Below, piece by piece: positions 33,381-42,024 of a stretch of DNA of 44,857 nucleotides. The notes below the pieces were generated by a model, which had not been told where the DNA came from, made no database searches, and saw only the letters and a list, made by a program, of their open reading frames with translations. The position numbers and the translations under genes were made by a program. Each line of letters opens with the position of its first letter. Positions within the stretch are counted from its first letter, which is position 1. The stretch spans positions 1-44,857 of the forward strand of contig CAWKEA010000009.1 in assembly GCA_963848635.1 (NCBI GenBank). The letters run 5' to 3'. Source of the DNA: an uncultured bacterium. Its GTDB lineage: Bacteria; Patescibacteriota; Minisyncoccia; Phycocordibacterales; PALSA-1337.

Positions 33381-33405
33381 TAATTTTATTTTTTTAATTT
33401 AAACC

Positions 33406-34185
33406 ATGCCTCTCTATCTCATACTCGTCGTCTCATTCATCCTCGGCACGCTCATCGGCAGTTTCTTGAATGTTCTGGCTTTGCGATACAACACCGGCGT
33501 CGGCGTGCGCGGCCGCTCAAAATGCATGTCGTGCGCCAAGACCCTGACGTGGGTCGAGCTCATACCTATCCTCTCGTTCGCTTTTCAGCGGGGTGCCTGC
33601 AAGGGTTGCCGAGCAAAGATTTCATGGCAATATCCGCTCGTCGAGTTCTTTTCCGGCGCGCTTTTCGTCATCATATTCCTTCTCTATCCGCCGATCGGAT
33701 TTGTCCCGAGCATCGTCACTGCGTTCCAGCTTTTCATCCTTTGTATTTTGATGGTCATAACTGTCTATGACATCAAGCACAAGATAATACCCGACCCTCT
33801 GGTCTATATTTTTATCGCGGCTACATTCATCCTCATGTTCATCGGCAATGATGTGCACCCATTCATCCTGCCGAGCGTCATGCGTCTCCTCGCTGGCCCT
33901 ATCCTCGCCCTGCCGTTTGCCCTGCTCTGGTATGTTTCTCATGGAGAATGGATGGGTCTCGGAGATTCGAAGCTTATCGTCGGCATCGGCTGGATGCTTG
34001 GCCTCTCCTATGGGCTGACTGCTTTGACGCTGGCTTTTTGGATAGGGGCTCTGGCATCGATCGTCTATATGGCGACCGTGTACCGATCCTTCAAACATGG
34101 CCTGCAGATCCCATTCGGGCCGTACCTCATCCTCGGGCTGTACCTGGTCATGGTGACGGGACTTCAGCTCTTCGGCAGTTTCTAA
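33406..34185 (+). CDS. pilD: prepilin peptidase (A24 family)
   Basis: N-terminal Cys pairs (CMSC...CKGC), ITVYDIKHKIIPD and GLGDSKL catalytic Asp motifs, polytopic. Confidence 0.88.
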   Translation: MPLYLILVVSFILGTLIGSFLNVLALRYNTGVGVRGRSKCMSCAKTLTWVELIPILSFAFQRGACKGCRAKISWQYPLVEFFSGALFVIIFLLYPPIGFVPSIVTAFQLFILCILMVITVYDIKHKIIPDPLVYIFIAATFILMFIGNDVHPFILPSVMRLLAGPILALPFALLWYVSHGEWMGLGDSKLIVGIGWMLGLSYGLTALTLAFWIGALASIVYMATVYRSFKHGLQIPFGPYLILGLYLVMVTGLQLFGSF

Positions 34186-34191
34186 TTCTTT

Positions 34192-34938
34192 ATGTTTTTT
34201 AAAAAAAGCCGCGATGTCAATACAGCGCATAAAGCCCATAAAGGAAAACAAGGGACAGGCTTTCGGTTGTACGGCCTTTCGACGTTGCGTACTGATCATG
34301 GATTCACTTTAGTCGAGCTCATGGTGGTTGTCGCTATCTTCGTCTTCATGACGGCCTTGGTCGTGGCTAATTATGGCAGTTTCAATGATGGGACTCTCTT
34401 GACCAGCATGTCATACGACATATCGTTGGCTCTGGCAGATGCTCAATCATACGGGATCAACACTGAAGGCGTTTCGACGTCGACGACAGCGCAAGGGTTC
34501 AATTATCCGTATGGCATGGATTTCAATATAGGAACACCGAGTCGAATGATACTGTTTGCCGATTCATATCCGACCAGTCCAGACGGCGTTTGTGATAACG
34601 GAAGCGCCGGGACATGCACATCGAACCAAACCACAGGCGACAATATAATCACTACATACACGCTTGCCCGCGGGGGATTGATCAAATGCCTGTTTGTTGC
34701 AAATACTCCTCCTCCGACGACTTCGAATCCTTGCCCAACAGGTTCGAATACCAATATCATCGATGTAACATTCAAGCGTCCTGACCCAAATGCTATTATT
34801 ATGGCGGTGTCGCCGATCGTCGCCGGTACGTTGCAAAAATGGGCTTACGCAGTCATCCAGGTTGAAGACGCGAGCAAAACAGCGACTCGGTCGATCGTGG
34901 TCAATGAAACCGGGGAGATAGCGGTGCAGAATCAATAA
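34192..34938 (+). CDS. minor pilin-like protein (prepilin-type N-terminal domain)
   Basis: DHGFTLVELMVVVAIFVFMTALVV. Confidence 0.75.
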   Translation: MFFKKSRDVNTAHKAHKGKQGTGFRLYGLSTLRTDHGFTLVELMVVVAIFVFMTALVVANYGSFNDGTLLTSMSYDISLALADAQSYGINTEGVSTSTTAQGFNYPYGMDFNIGTPSRMILFADSYPTSPDGVCDNGSAGTCTSNQTTGDNIITTYTLARGGLIKCLFVANTPPPTTSNPCPTGSNTNIIDVTFKRPDPNAIIMAVSPIVAGTLQKWAYAVIQVEDASKTATRSIVVNETGEIAVQNQ

Positions 34939-34940
34939 AT

Positions 34941-35657
34941 ATGGAAAAACTTGAAAATAAAAATCAAAAAATCGAAAACGAATGCGGTCGGAGCCAACTT
35001 CCGACTCGAAACTTTCGACTCGGCGCTCATTCAGGCTTCACTCTTATCGAGATGCTCGTTTCGATAGCCATATTCATGGTCGTTGCCGTCATTGCCGTTG
35101 CGGCGCTCTTCAAGATCGTGGATTCTGATAGAAAATCGCAGACGCTTCAGACTGCGGTCAATAACATCAATTTTGCCCTGGATTCGATAACGAGGGAGCT
35201 CCGAGTGGGCGGCGACTACAATGGCCTGTCAGGATCATATTCCGGTTCAGGAGTGACTTCGCAAGGTTCGGCGTCATTCTCCGACACCAACGATTCGAGC
35301 GGGACTTCCATCACGTTCCTTTCTACAAAATCAGTATCTGATGGCGCTGGAGGAATGTGTAATCTCACGTATTCTTATTTTATCGCTCCGGTCGTCGGGT
35401 CATCGTCAACGACATGGACGATCGAGAAAGCGCAACAAAGCACCAGCGGCGTTTGCCAAGATTCTATCGGTGGCTCGACTGCTCTATATGTCCCGATCAT
35501 CGACCCTTCGATCGTCATCACCAATTATACAGTGAAGGTCAATCTGGCTACGGGCGACCAGCCGAGCATCTTCTTGTATGTTTCCGGTTATACCGGCGCG
35601 ACCGCGAATACGCAGACGTATTTTGACGTCCAGACGACGATCTCCGAGAGGACATAA
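34941..35657 (+). CDS. minor pilin-like protein (PilW/GspJ-like)
   Basis: HSGFTLIEMLVSIAIFMVVAVIAVAALF...NINFALDSITRELR. Confidence 0.75.
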   Translation: MEKLENKNQKIENECGRSQLPTRNFRLGAHSGFTLIEMLVSIAIFMVVAVIAVAALFKIVDSDRKSQTLQTAVNNINFALDSITRELRVGGDYNGLSGSYSGSGVTSQGSASFSDTNDSSGTSITFLSTKSVSDGAGGMCNLTYSYFIAPVVGSSSTTWTIEKAQQSTSGVCQDSIGGSTALYVPIIDPSIVITNYTVKVNLATGDQPSIFLYVSGYTGATANTQTYFDVQTTISERT

Positions 35658-35664
35658 TACCATC

Positions 35665-36273
35665 ATGAGAAAAAATCAAACACAAAGAACTATGAAAAAT
35701 GCGGGATTCACCATCGTCGAGACGCTTGTTGCCATCACGATTCTCATGATAGCCATCGCGGGTCCATTGACGGTGGCTGAAAAAGGCCTTTCCGCGTCCA
35801 TCTATGCCCGCGATCAGCTCATCGGCTCGTATCTTGCCCAGGACGGCATGGAATATATAAAAAACGTCCTCGATACCGATCAATTGAATCCAAACGTCAA
35901 TAATCCGAACATAAGCACTTCGAGCGATTGGTGGCTCGTGTATCAGCAGGACACCGATTTGGCCTCGCGATGCTCCCCGAACACGCCATGCACCGTCGAT
36001 ACGATCGGCGGCGGCATATCGCCTTGCGGTTCGTCGTGCCCTTTGTATCTGACGACATGCGGCTATGTGCAGAGCTCGAATGTGAGCGGTTGCGCGGCGA
36101 ACTCGAGCGGCGACACAAAGGATTTCACCCGGACATTTTATATACAACCGTTCAGCATCAACGGGGGGTCGAATAACGCGGCAAATGTGATCGTCAATGT
36201 CACGTGGCCTGGCGACGTGATAGGCGGAGGGGGAGTGTCGCTCGAAGATACGACGTTCAATTCTCCATTGTAG
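35665..36273 (+). CDS. minor pilin-like protein
   Basis: NAGFTIVETLVAITILMIAIAGPL. The ORF is open from 35578; ATG 35665 is chosen. Confidence 0.75.
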   Translation: MRKNQTQRTMKNAGFTIVETLVAITILMIAIAGPLTVAEKGLSASIYARDQLIGSYLAQDGMEYIKNVLDTDQLNPNVNNPNISTSSDWWLVYQQDTDLASRCSPNTPCTVDTIGGGISPCGSSCPLYLTTCGYVQSSNVSGCAANSSGDTKDFTRTFYIQPFSINGGSNNAANVIVNVTWPGDVIGGGGVSLEDTTFNSPL

Positions 36274-36285
36274 TGATCAAACATC

Positions 36286-36912
36286 ATGAGAGATATATTC
36301 AAAAAAATTCCTAGTTCTGGCGGCTACACCCTCCTTTTTGCCATGATAGTGGCTTCTATCGTCCTTGCTCTCGGCGTATCTCTTTTGACTATCAGCCGGA
36401 AAGAATTCATCTTGTCATCATCGGCTACCCAATCGACGAATGCTTTTTACGCGGCTGACAGCGGTCTTGGCTGTGCGGAATATTGGAATGTTAGCGGCGC
36501 TTTTTCGACCTCGTCGTCTGCGAGCCCTGTGGTATGCGCATATGTAAAGCAGGGCAGTGGTAATGATTATGTCAGCGTCACACCGACGAAATCAGGTCCG
36601 TTGGCTTCTGCTTCGGTCTCTCTGCCGGTGACCGGCATAGTGGCGAATAGCATCTACGAATATGCTATCAATATACCGTTCTCGACGGATGGGACGAGCA
36701 ATCTTAGTTGCGCGAATATAATCGTGGACAAGTATGTCGCGCCAAGCTCGTACCTTGGCGGGGCTCTCCATGCCTATACTACGATAACTTCTGCAGGATA
36801 CAATATCGGATGGAATGGGACGGTACAAGATGCGGGTATGGGACAGAGCAGTGGCGCGTGTTCGAGCCCGAGCCCCAAAAAAGTCAATCGCACCGTTCAG
36901 TTGACGTTCTGA
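36286..36912 (+). CDS. PilX-like minor pilin / pilus assembly protein
   Basis: GGYTLLFAMIVASIVLALGVSLLTISRKEF...AFYAADSGLGCAEYW. Confidence 0.65.
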   Translation: MRDIFKKIPSSGGYTLLFAMIVASIVLALGVSLLTISRKEFILSSSATQSTNAFYAADSGLGCAEYWNVSGAFSTSSSASPVVCAYVKQGSGNDYVSVTPTKSGPLASASVSLPVTGIVANSIYEYAINIPFSTDGTSNLSCANIIVDKYVAPSSYLGGALHAYTTITSAGYNIGWNGTVQDAGMGQSSGACSSPSPKKVNRTVQLTF

Positions 36913-37020
36913 TCTTTTCTGCGGCGGCATGTTTTTCTCTGTCACCACGAGAGGCTTTCGAAACCTATATTTCGATACTCCGCGGTTTGCCGCGTCTGGA
37001 AGGGGAGTTTCAATTCAATA

Positions 37021-37088
37021 CCTCGTCAGTTCTGTTGCGAGGTAGTTTATTAGAATACCTCACCGCTTGCGGTGGGGCAGTTTATTTC
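37021..37088 (+). terminator. two tandem, related hairpins, each followed by agtttatt (candidate tandem terminators after the pilin operon)
   Basis: acctcg-N12-cgaggt-agtttatt and cctcacc-gcttgc-ggtgggg-cagtttattt. Confidence 0.4.
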
Positions 37089-37097
37089 CTTAAAAAA

Positions 37098-37171
37098 TAT
37101 AATTGCGAACGATTCGCATTTAATACATAGTATATGGCTCATATGTGTAATGTAGTTGCGAATGATTCGCA
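37098..37171 (+). promoter_or_regulatory. autoregulated promoter region: TATAAT (37098-37103) abutting operator box 1 (37104-37118), with box 2 at 37157-37171. Both boxes are TGCGAA-N3-TTCGCA.
   Basis: aaTATAATTGCGAAcgaTTCGCAtt ... gtTGCGAAtgaTTCGCAat. Confidence 0.65.
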
Positions 37172-37190
37172 ATTAGGATATCATGCAGAT

Positions 37191-37655
37191 ATGACATATC
37201 CCATCTCCAAGGAGGATCTTTCTGTAAAAAGCGAGGCGCACAGCTTGCTTTGGAGGTGTGAGCTGAAAGCGACCAAACCGCGTCTTGAACTGGTCGAATC
37301 TCTTTTCAAAGAGAAGAAGCCTCTGTCTTCAGCCGATATCCATAAAAAGATAAAAGGCAAAAGTGATCGTGCCACCACCTATCGGACGCTTGAACAGCTT
37401 TATAAAGCCGGCGGCGTTACGAAAATGCTGGATGCGCGTGATGGCCGTACTCTGTACGAAATCAGATATGGCCGACCGCACCATCATCATGCCGTCTGTG
37501 TTTCTTGCGGACTTATTGAGGACGTGCTGAATTGCGACGCAAAAGATTTCGATGTATCCGCCTGTGAACATCTGAAAAATTTCAAGTCGATACAGAGCCA
37601 TTCTCTCGAATTCTTCGGTCTTTGCGGAAAATGCGACAGCGCATCTGCGAAATAA
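37191..37655 (+). CDS. Fur-family metalloregulator, probably Zur
   Basis: ATKPRLELVESLF...PLSSADIH...DRATTYRTLEQL...HHHHAVCVSCG...CGKC. It lies next to a ZIP zinc transporter. The ORF is open from 37134 but box 2 lies there, so ATG 37191 (154 aa) is chosen. Confidence 0.75.
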   Translation: MTYPISKEDLSVKSEAHSLLWRCELKATKPRLELVESLFKEKKPLSSADIHKKIKGKSDRATTYRTLEQLYKAGGVTKMLDARDGRTLYEIRYGRPHHHHAVCVSCGLIEDVLNCDAKDFDVSACEHLKNFKSIQSHSLEFFGLCGKCDSASAK

Positions 37656-37659
37656 AACA

Positions 37660-38469
37660 ATGCATACGATCGTCATACTCATCGCTCTCGCCACATTCTG
37701 CTCGACTCTCATCGGGGGTCTCGTCGCTTTGAAGCTCAAGGATAAACTGCATCTCATACTCGGCTTTTCGGCCGGTGCGGTCATAGCAGTAGCGTTTTTC
37801 GATCTTATGCCTGAAGCAATCGGCATAGGGAGCAGATATTATTCTGTCGCGACGATGCTCTCTATCGTAGCGCTCGGATTCCTCGCCTACCTTGTTCTTG
37901 ACCGACTGATATTTCTTCATTCTCACGTAGACGATCACGACAATATTCATGGGCAAGGATATGATCACAAGTATGATCACAAGTATGATCACAAGGAGGA
38001 TGGATCGGTTATGGTGCCCGAATCCAAGCAGATACGCCGCGGCATACTGGGTGCCGGCAGTTTGAGCGTCCATAGCTTTCTCGATGGCGTAGCCATAGGC
38101 CTCGCATTCCAGGTTTCGGCGGCTATCGGCGCGATAGTCGCTGTTGCCGTGCTCGTGCATGATTTTTCTGACGGCATAAATACGGTCAACCTTATCTTGA
38201 AAAACAAAGGAGCCGGCCCGCGCGCGTTCCATTGGCTCATCGTGGATGCGGCGGCGCCTGTCGTCGGCGTCGTCTCGACTCTCTTTTTTACCTTGCCTGA
38301 AAGCGTCTTGGCTAATATCCTAGCTGTATTTTCTGGATTTTTCCTGTATATCGGAGCTTCCGACCTTATCCCCGAGAGTCACCACAGCCATCCAAAATTC
38401 ATGACCACGGCGATGACTGTCCTCGGCGCAGGGGTTCTTTATTTAGCTATTCATGCGGCGAATATATGA
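37660..38469 (+). CDS. zupT: ZIP-family divalent metal (zinc) transporter
   Basis: 8-TM pattern, His-rich cytoplasmic loop (HSHVDDHDNIHGQGYDHKYDHKYDHKEDG), HSFLDGVAIG and HDFSDG motifs. Confidence 0.8.
   Translation: MHTIVILIALATFCSTLIGGLVALKLKDKLHLILGFSAGAVIAVAFFDLMPEAIGIGSRYYSVATMLSIVALGFLAYLVLDRLIFLHSHVDDHDNIHGQGYDHKYDHKYDHKEDGSVMVPESKQIRRGILGAGSLSVHSFLDGVAIGLAFQVSAAIGAIVAVAVLVHDFSDGINTVNLILKNKGAGPRAFHWLIVDAAAPVVGVVSTLFFTLPESVLANILAVFSGFFLYIGASDLIPESHHSHPKFMTTAMTVLGAGVLYLAIHAANI
37960..37995 (+). repeat. perfect 3 x 12 bp tandem repeat (tatgatcacaag) encoding (YDHK)3 in the ZIP His-rich loop
   Basis: Read directly from the sequence. Confidence 0.95.
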
Positions 38470-38635
38470 ATATATGCGGAACGCATGAGAATGTTGACGA
38501 GCCCAACGCACCGATATCTATAGAAATAGAGTAAGATAAAGGTAAGAAATGGGATAAGCGCGTATACGCATGTGCATTCATATGCACTGCGATGGCACAG
38601 TCTCGTTCCTGCCGCCACAACCAATTTTTAATAAC

Positions 38636-39919
38636 ATGGACAAAAAACCACATATCGTCATCGTAGGCGGCGGATTCGGCGGCGTCTATGCGGCCAAGCG
38701 CCTCGTCCGAGAGCTTGGCGAGACTGCCGACATAACGCTCATCAGCCGCGACAATTATTTTTTATTCACGCCTCTTTTGCATGAAGTCGCAACGGGCAGT
38801 CTATCGCATCAATCTGTCGTCGAGCCGATAGCTGAAATATTCCGCGGCACGCACGTGCATTTTTGCCAGGGCGAGGTCCATCAGATAGACTTCGGGGCAA
38901 AGACAGTTGCCTCCGATAATTGCTCTTTTGTCTATGACTATATCGTCATTGCATCCGGCGCGAAAACAAACACATATGGCATACCAGGCGTAGCAGAGAA
39001 CGCCCTCATGCTGAAAAGCCTGTCGGACGCAGTTGCTCTGCGCAGGCGGGTCATAGAATCAATCAAAAAAGCCTCACACACTGATGATCAATCAGAGCGA
39101 AGGCGCCTGCTTTCCTTTATTGTCGTCGGCGGAGGCCCAACCGGCGTCGAGCTTGCCGCTGAGCTCGCAGAATTCGTATTTCAAGTCGCCAAATCGTACT
39201 ATGCTTCCGCTCTTTCAACGCACGAGATATCCATAACGCTCATCGCTTCCGGTCCTGGCCTCGTTCCGCAGTTCTCGACCAAAGTCAGTTCGAAAGCCTT
39301 GTCAGTTTTGAATGGAAAAGGGATCGAAGTCCTTCTCGGAACGACTGTTCTGAAAGTCTCGCCAGACGGCGTCGACATAAAAGACGCCATAAAGGCCGCT
39401 ACTGCTCCGACGCGATGTATCCCTGCAGGCACTATTATTTGGGTCGCCGGCGTCACAGCGAGCTTTCCGGAGATAAAAGGGCAGGCGCACATGCATAAAA
39501 GCGGTCGGCTCATGGTCAATCAGTTTCTTCAAGTGGAAGGCTATCCTGAAGCTTTTGCGCTCGGTGACGGCGCTATCATGCCGATAAAAGAAGGCGAGCC
39601 TCCCGTGCCTCAACTTGCACAGACAGCCGTGCAAGAAGCAGGGATCGTAGCGGAGAATATATCTGCCTTGATAGGATCCGAAAAAAGCCAAACGTCGCCC
39701 CTTGTTCCTTTTATATATCATTCCAAAGGGATGCTCATCTCTCTCGGCTCATGGCAAGCGGCAGGAGATATCTTTGGCATCCATCCATCAGGCCCTTTCA
39801 TGTGGTTTCTTTGGCGCACGATTTATCTCTTCAAGTTCAATTCATGGAGAAAACGCTTGTCCATCGTCGTCGAATGGACAATAGGCCTATTTTCGCCGAG
39901 AGACATAAGCGAAATCTGA
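38636..39919 (+). CDS. ndh: type II NADH dehydrogenase (NDH-2) / pyridine nucleotide-disulfide oxidoreductase
   Basis: HIVIVGGGFGGVYAAK and FIVVGGGPTGVELAAE are two Rossmann dinucleotide folds. The ORF is open from 38570; ATG 38636. Confidence 0.8.
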   Translation: MDKKPHIVIVGGGFGGVYAAKRLVRELGETADITLISRDNYFLFTPLLHEVATGSLSHQSVVEPIAEIFRGTHVHFCQGEVHQIDFGAKTVASDNCSFVYDYIVIASGAKTNTYGIPGVAENALMLKSLSDAVALRRRVIESIKKASHTDDQSERRRLLSFIVVGGGPTGVELAAELAEFVFQVAKSYYASALSTHEISITLIASGPGLVPQFSTKVSSKALSVLNGKGIEVLLGTTVLKVSPDGVDIKDAIKAATAPTRCIPAGTIIWVAGVTASFPEIKGQAHMHKSGRLMVNQFLQVEGYPEAFALGDGAIMPIKEGEPPVPQLAQTAVQEAGIVAENISALIGSEKSQTSPLVPFIYHSKGMLISLGSWQAAGDIFGIHPSGPFMWFLWRTIYLFKFNSWRKRLSIVVEWTIGLFSPRDISEI

Positions 39920-39938
39920 TTTCTGCTATACTGAAACC

Positions 39939-40616
39939 ATGATCGTGTCGCATATAAAGCGGGTTGCCGGGCACTACAAAGCATGCTTTTCCGATGGACG
40001 ATTCGTGCTCTCTCTTGCCGAAGGGATCATCATGCTCATAGCTGGATTGGTCATCAGTTCTTACGCGGTAGGATTCGCCACCGCAAGCGCAAGCAATCCT
40101 GTGACCGACCTTATCCTGGATAATGTCCCTGTGTACGATGTCGACGGTTTTTTTGTGAATGGTGCCATTCTCATGACCTTGTTCATGATCGCTGTCTGTT
40201 TGTGGTGGCCGCGCCGGCTGCCTTTTGTCGCAAAGACGATCGCTCTTTTTATTGTCATAAGGTCGCTCTTCATCATCCTCACCCACATAGGATCGTTTCC
40301 AACTCAGGCGGTCATCGACCCTTCGACTAAGAATTTCATCGAAGATGTTATCGGCTCAAAGCTTTACTCGTCGTTTTTCCTCGGCAAAGACTCTTTCTTT
40401 TCCGGGCATACAGGCTTGCCCTTTCTCATGGCGTATCTGTATTGGGACAAGAAATGGCTGAGATACATATTCATCGCTCTCTCGATAATGTTCGGCGTCG
40501 TCGTCCTACTCGGCCATTTGCACTATACTATCGACGTGCTTTCGGCGTTCTTTATATCTTACGGCATATATCGGATGGCTCGGATCCTTTTTTGGGGCGA
40601 TCTTGATCGCTTTTGA
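39939..40616 (+). CDS. PAP2-related (sphingomyelin-synthase-like PAP2_C) membrane protein
   Basis: FFSGHTGLPFL ... LGHLHYTIDVLSAFF (SGHT and HYT.D motifs), 5-6 TM helices. Confidence 0.6.
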   Translation: MIVSHIKRVAGHYKACFSDGRFVLSLAEGIIMLIAGLVISSYAVGFATASASNPVTDLILDNVPVYDVDGFFVNGAILMTLFMIAVCLWWPRRLPFVAKTIALFIVIRSLFIILTHIGSFPTQAVIDPSTKNFIEDVIGSKLYSSFFLGKDSFFSGHTGLPFLMAYLYWDKKWLRYIFIALSIMFGVVVLLGHLHYTIDVLSAFFISYGIYRMARILFWGDLDRF

Positions 40617-40727
40617 GGCGTTTTTACGTACGGTGACTTTTTCAGGAGAATTGATATAATTGGTCTCTAAAAGGAAAAAAGGGAAGGGCTTTATTACATT
40701 AAAAATTAAAATAAAATTCACAAGAAT

Positions 40728-41030
40728 ATGTCAAAAACTGGAAAAACAATCGTAACAGTGATAGTTATTGTCTTGGTCATCGGCTTCATTTGGTGGATCA
40801 CAACAATGTCTTCGTCCGTTCCTGCAAATTCTCCTGCGGTATCGAATTCCTCGAATACGTCGAATACATCTGTCGCCACAGGCGCTCCTACCGACTCGGG
40901 TTCTGCCGCCGCCGTCACAGCCTCGTCATCCGTCGATTCTGACTTGAATTCTATAGACAGTCAGATGAACGGGCTCAATCAGGATGACGCGAACGTCGAC
41001 ACGAGCGTTTCTCCTTCGACGAATCAGTAA
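40728..41030 (+). CDS. small S/T-rich membrane-anchored or secreted protein
   Basis: N-terminal TM helix (TIVTVIVIVLVIGFIWWI), then a low-complexity Ser-rich tail. An extended -10 (TGaTATAAT) sits at ~40653-40661. Confidence 0.5.
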   Translation: MSKTGKTIVTVIVIVLVIGFIWWITTMSSSVPANSPAVSNSSNTSNTSVATGAPTDSGSAAAVTASSSVDSDLNSIDSQMNGLNQDDANVDTSVSPSTNQ

Positions 41031-41061
41031 GCCTTTATCATATAAAACCAACTACATCATC

Positions 41062-41979
41062 ATGAAGAAAATCAGCATCATTCCAGCAAGTTTCATAGGA
41101 GCGGTCTCTCTCGTTGCGACTTTGTCAGTTTCCGCTGTCGCTTGTGCCCAGGTTAGCGCGCGTGCTCTCGACAGAGCCGATCTTAGCGCCACCGCTTCGA
41201 CTACGATCCGCGCGCGCATCGAAGCCCGTTATGGAAGCACGACGCCGGGCATGCGTGTGGCTAGCACGACTCGTGAGACGTCAGAACAGAGGGTCACTGC
41301 CATTCAAGGGCGTTCGGATACGGAAATCACCCAGAGGATAGCGAGCCTGGATCAGATTCTGTCTCGCATCGATTCGATGAAAAATATCTCATCGAGCGAT
41401 CAAGCTAGCTTGGTTTCTTCTATACAAGCTGAAATCACAGATTTGACCTCGCTCAAGGCCGCTATCGATGCCGATACATCGACTTCGACGCTCAAGGCCG
41501 ATTATCAGTCGATAACAAAATCATATCGCGTTTACGCCCTCGTTCTGCCGCAAGCTTCTATCATCGCCGCCGCGGATCGGATCCTCGATCTAGTGACGAG
41601 CTTCAATGTCTTGACGAGCAAGCTTCGGTCTTCTATTACGACTGCTCAATCGAACGGTATGAATGCCTCGTCTTCGGTATCCGCGATCGCTGATATCGCT
41701 GTAAAGGCGGCCGATGCGGGAGTGCAGGCCAACGCGGCGATCTCTCTCGTCTCCGGGTTACAGCCTGATCAAGGGGTGACGACGGCACTGCAGGCGAACA
41801 CCGCCGCCCTCAAAAGCGCCCGGACGGATATAAAGACCGCCACAGCGGATCTCGCCGCCGCTCGCAAGGATGTGAATGTCATCGTCAATGCCGTCAAGAG
41901 TTCGATAAAAGCGACGACTGGCGCTTCAACTCCAACTTCTGCTTCCGCATCGACTACGGCCACTACGACCACTCCATAA
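41062..41979 (+). CDS. secreted alpha-helical protein (hypothetical)
   Basis: Signal peptide MKKISIIPASFIGAVSLVATLSVSAVACAQ. The ORF is open from 40984. Confidence 0.6.
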   Translation: MKKISIIPASFIGAVSLVATLSVSAVACAQVSARALDRADLSATASTTIRARIEARYGSTTPGMRVASTTRETSEQRVTAIQGRSDTEITQRIASLDQILSRIDSMKNISSSDQASLVSSIQAEITDLTSLKAAIDADTSTSTLKADYQSITKSYRVYALVLPQASIIAAADRILDLVTSFNVLTSKLRSSITTAQSNGMNASSSVSAIADIAVKAADAGVQANAAISLVSGLQPDQGVTTALQANTAALKSARTDIKTATADLAAARKDVNVIVNAVKSSIKATTGASTPTSASASTTATTTTP

Positions 41980-41998
41980 AGTAAGGAAGAGGTTTTTG

Positions 41999-42021
41999 TT
42001 GTCAAGATGTCATCTTGACAA
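41999..42021. terminator. 10-bp perfect palindromic hairpin between convergent genes (no clear U-tract on either strand)
   Basis: ttgtcaagat-gtc-atcttgacaa. Confidence 0.35.
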
Positions 42022-42024
42022 GCA

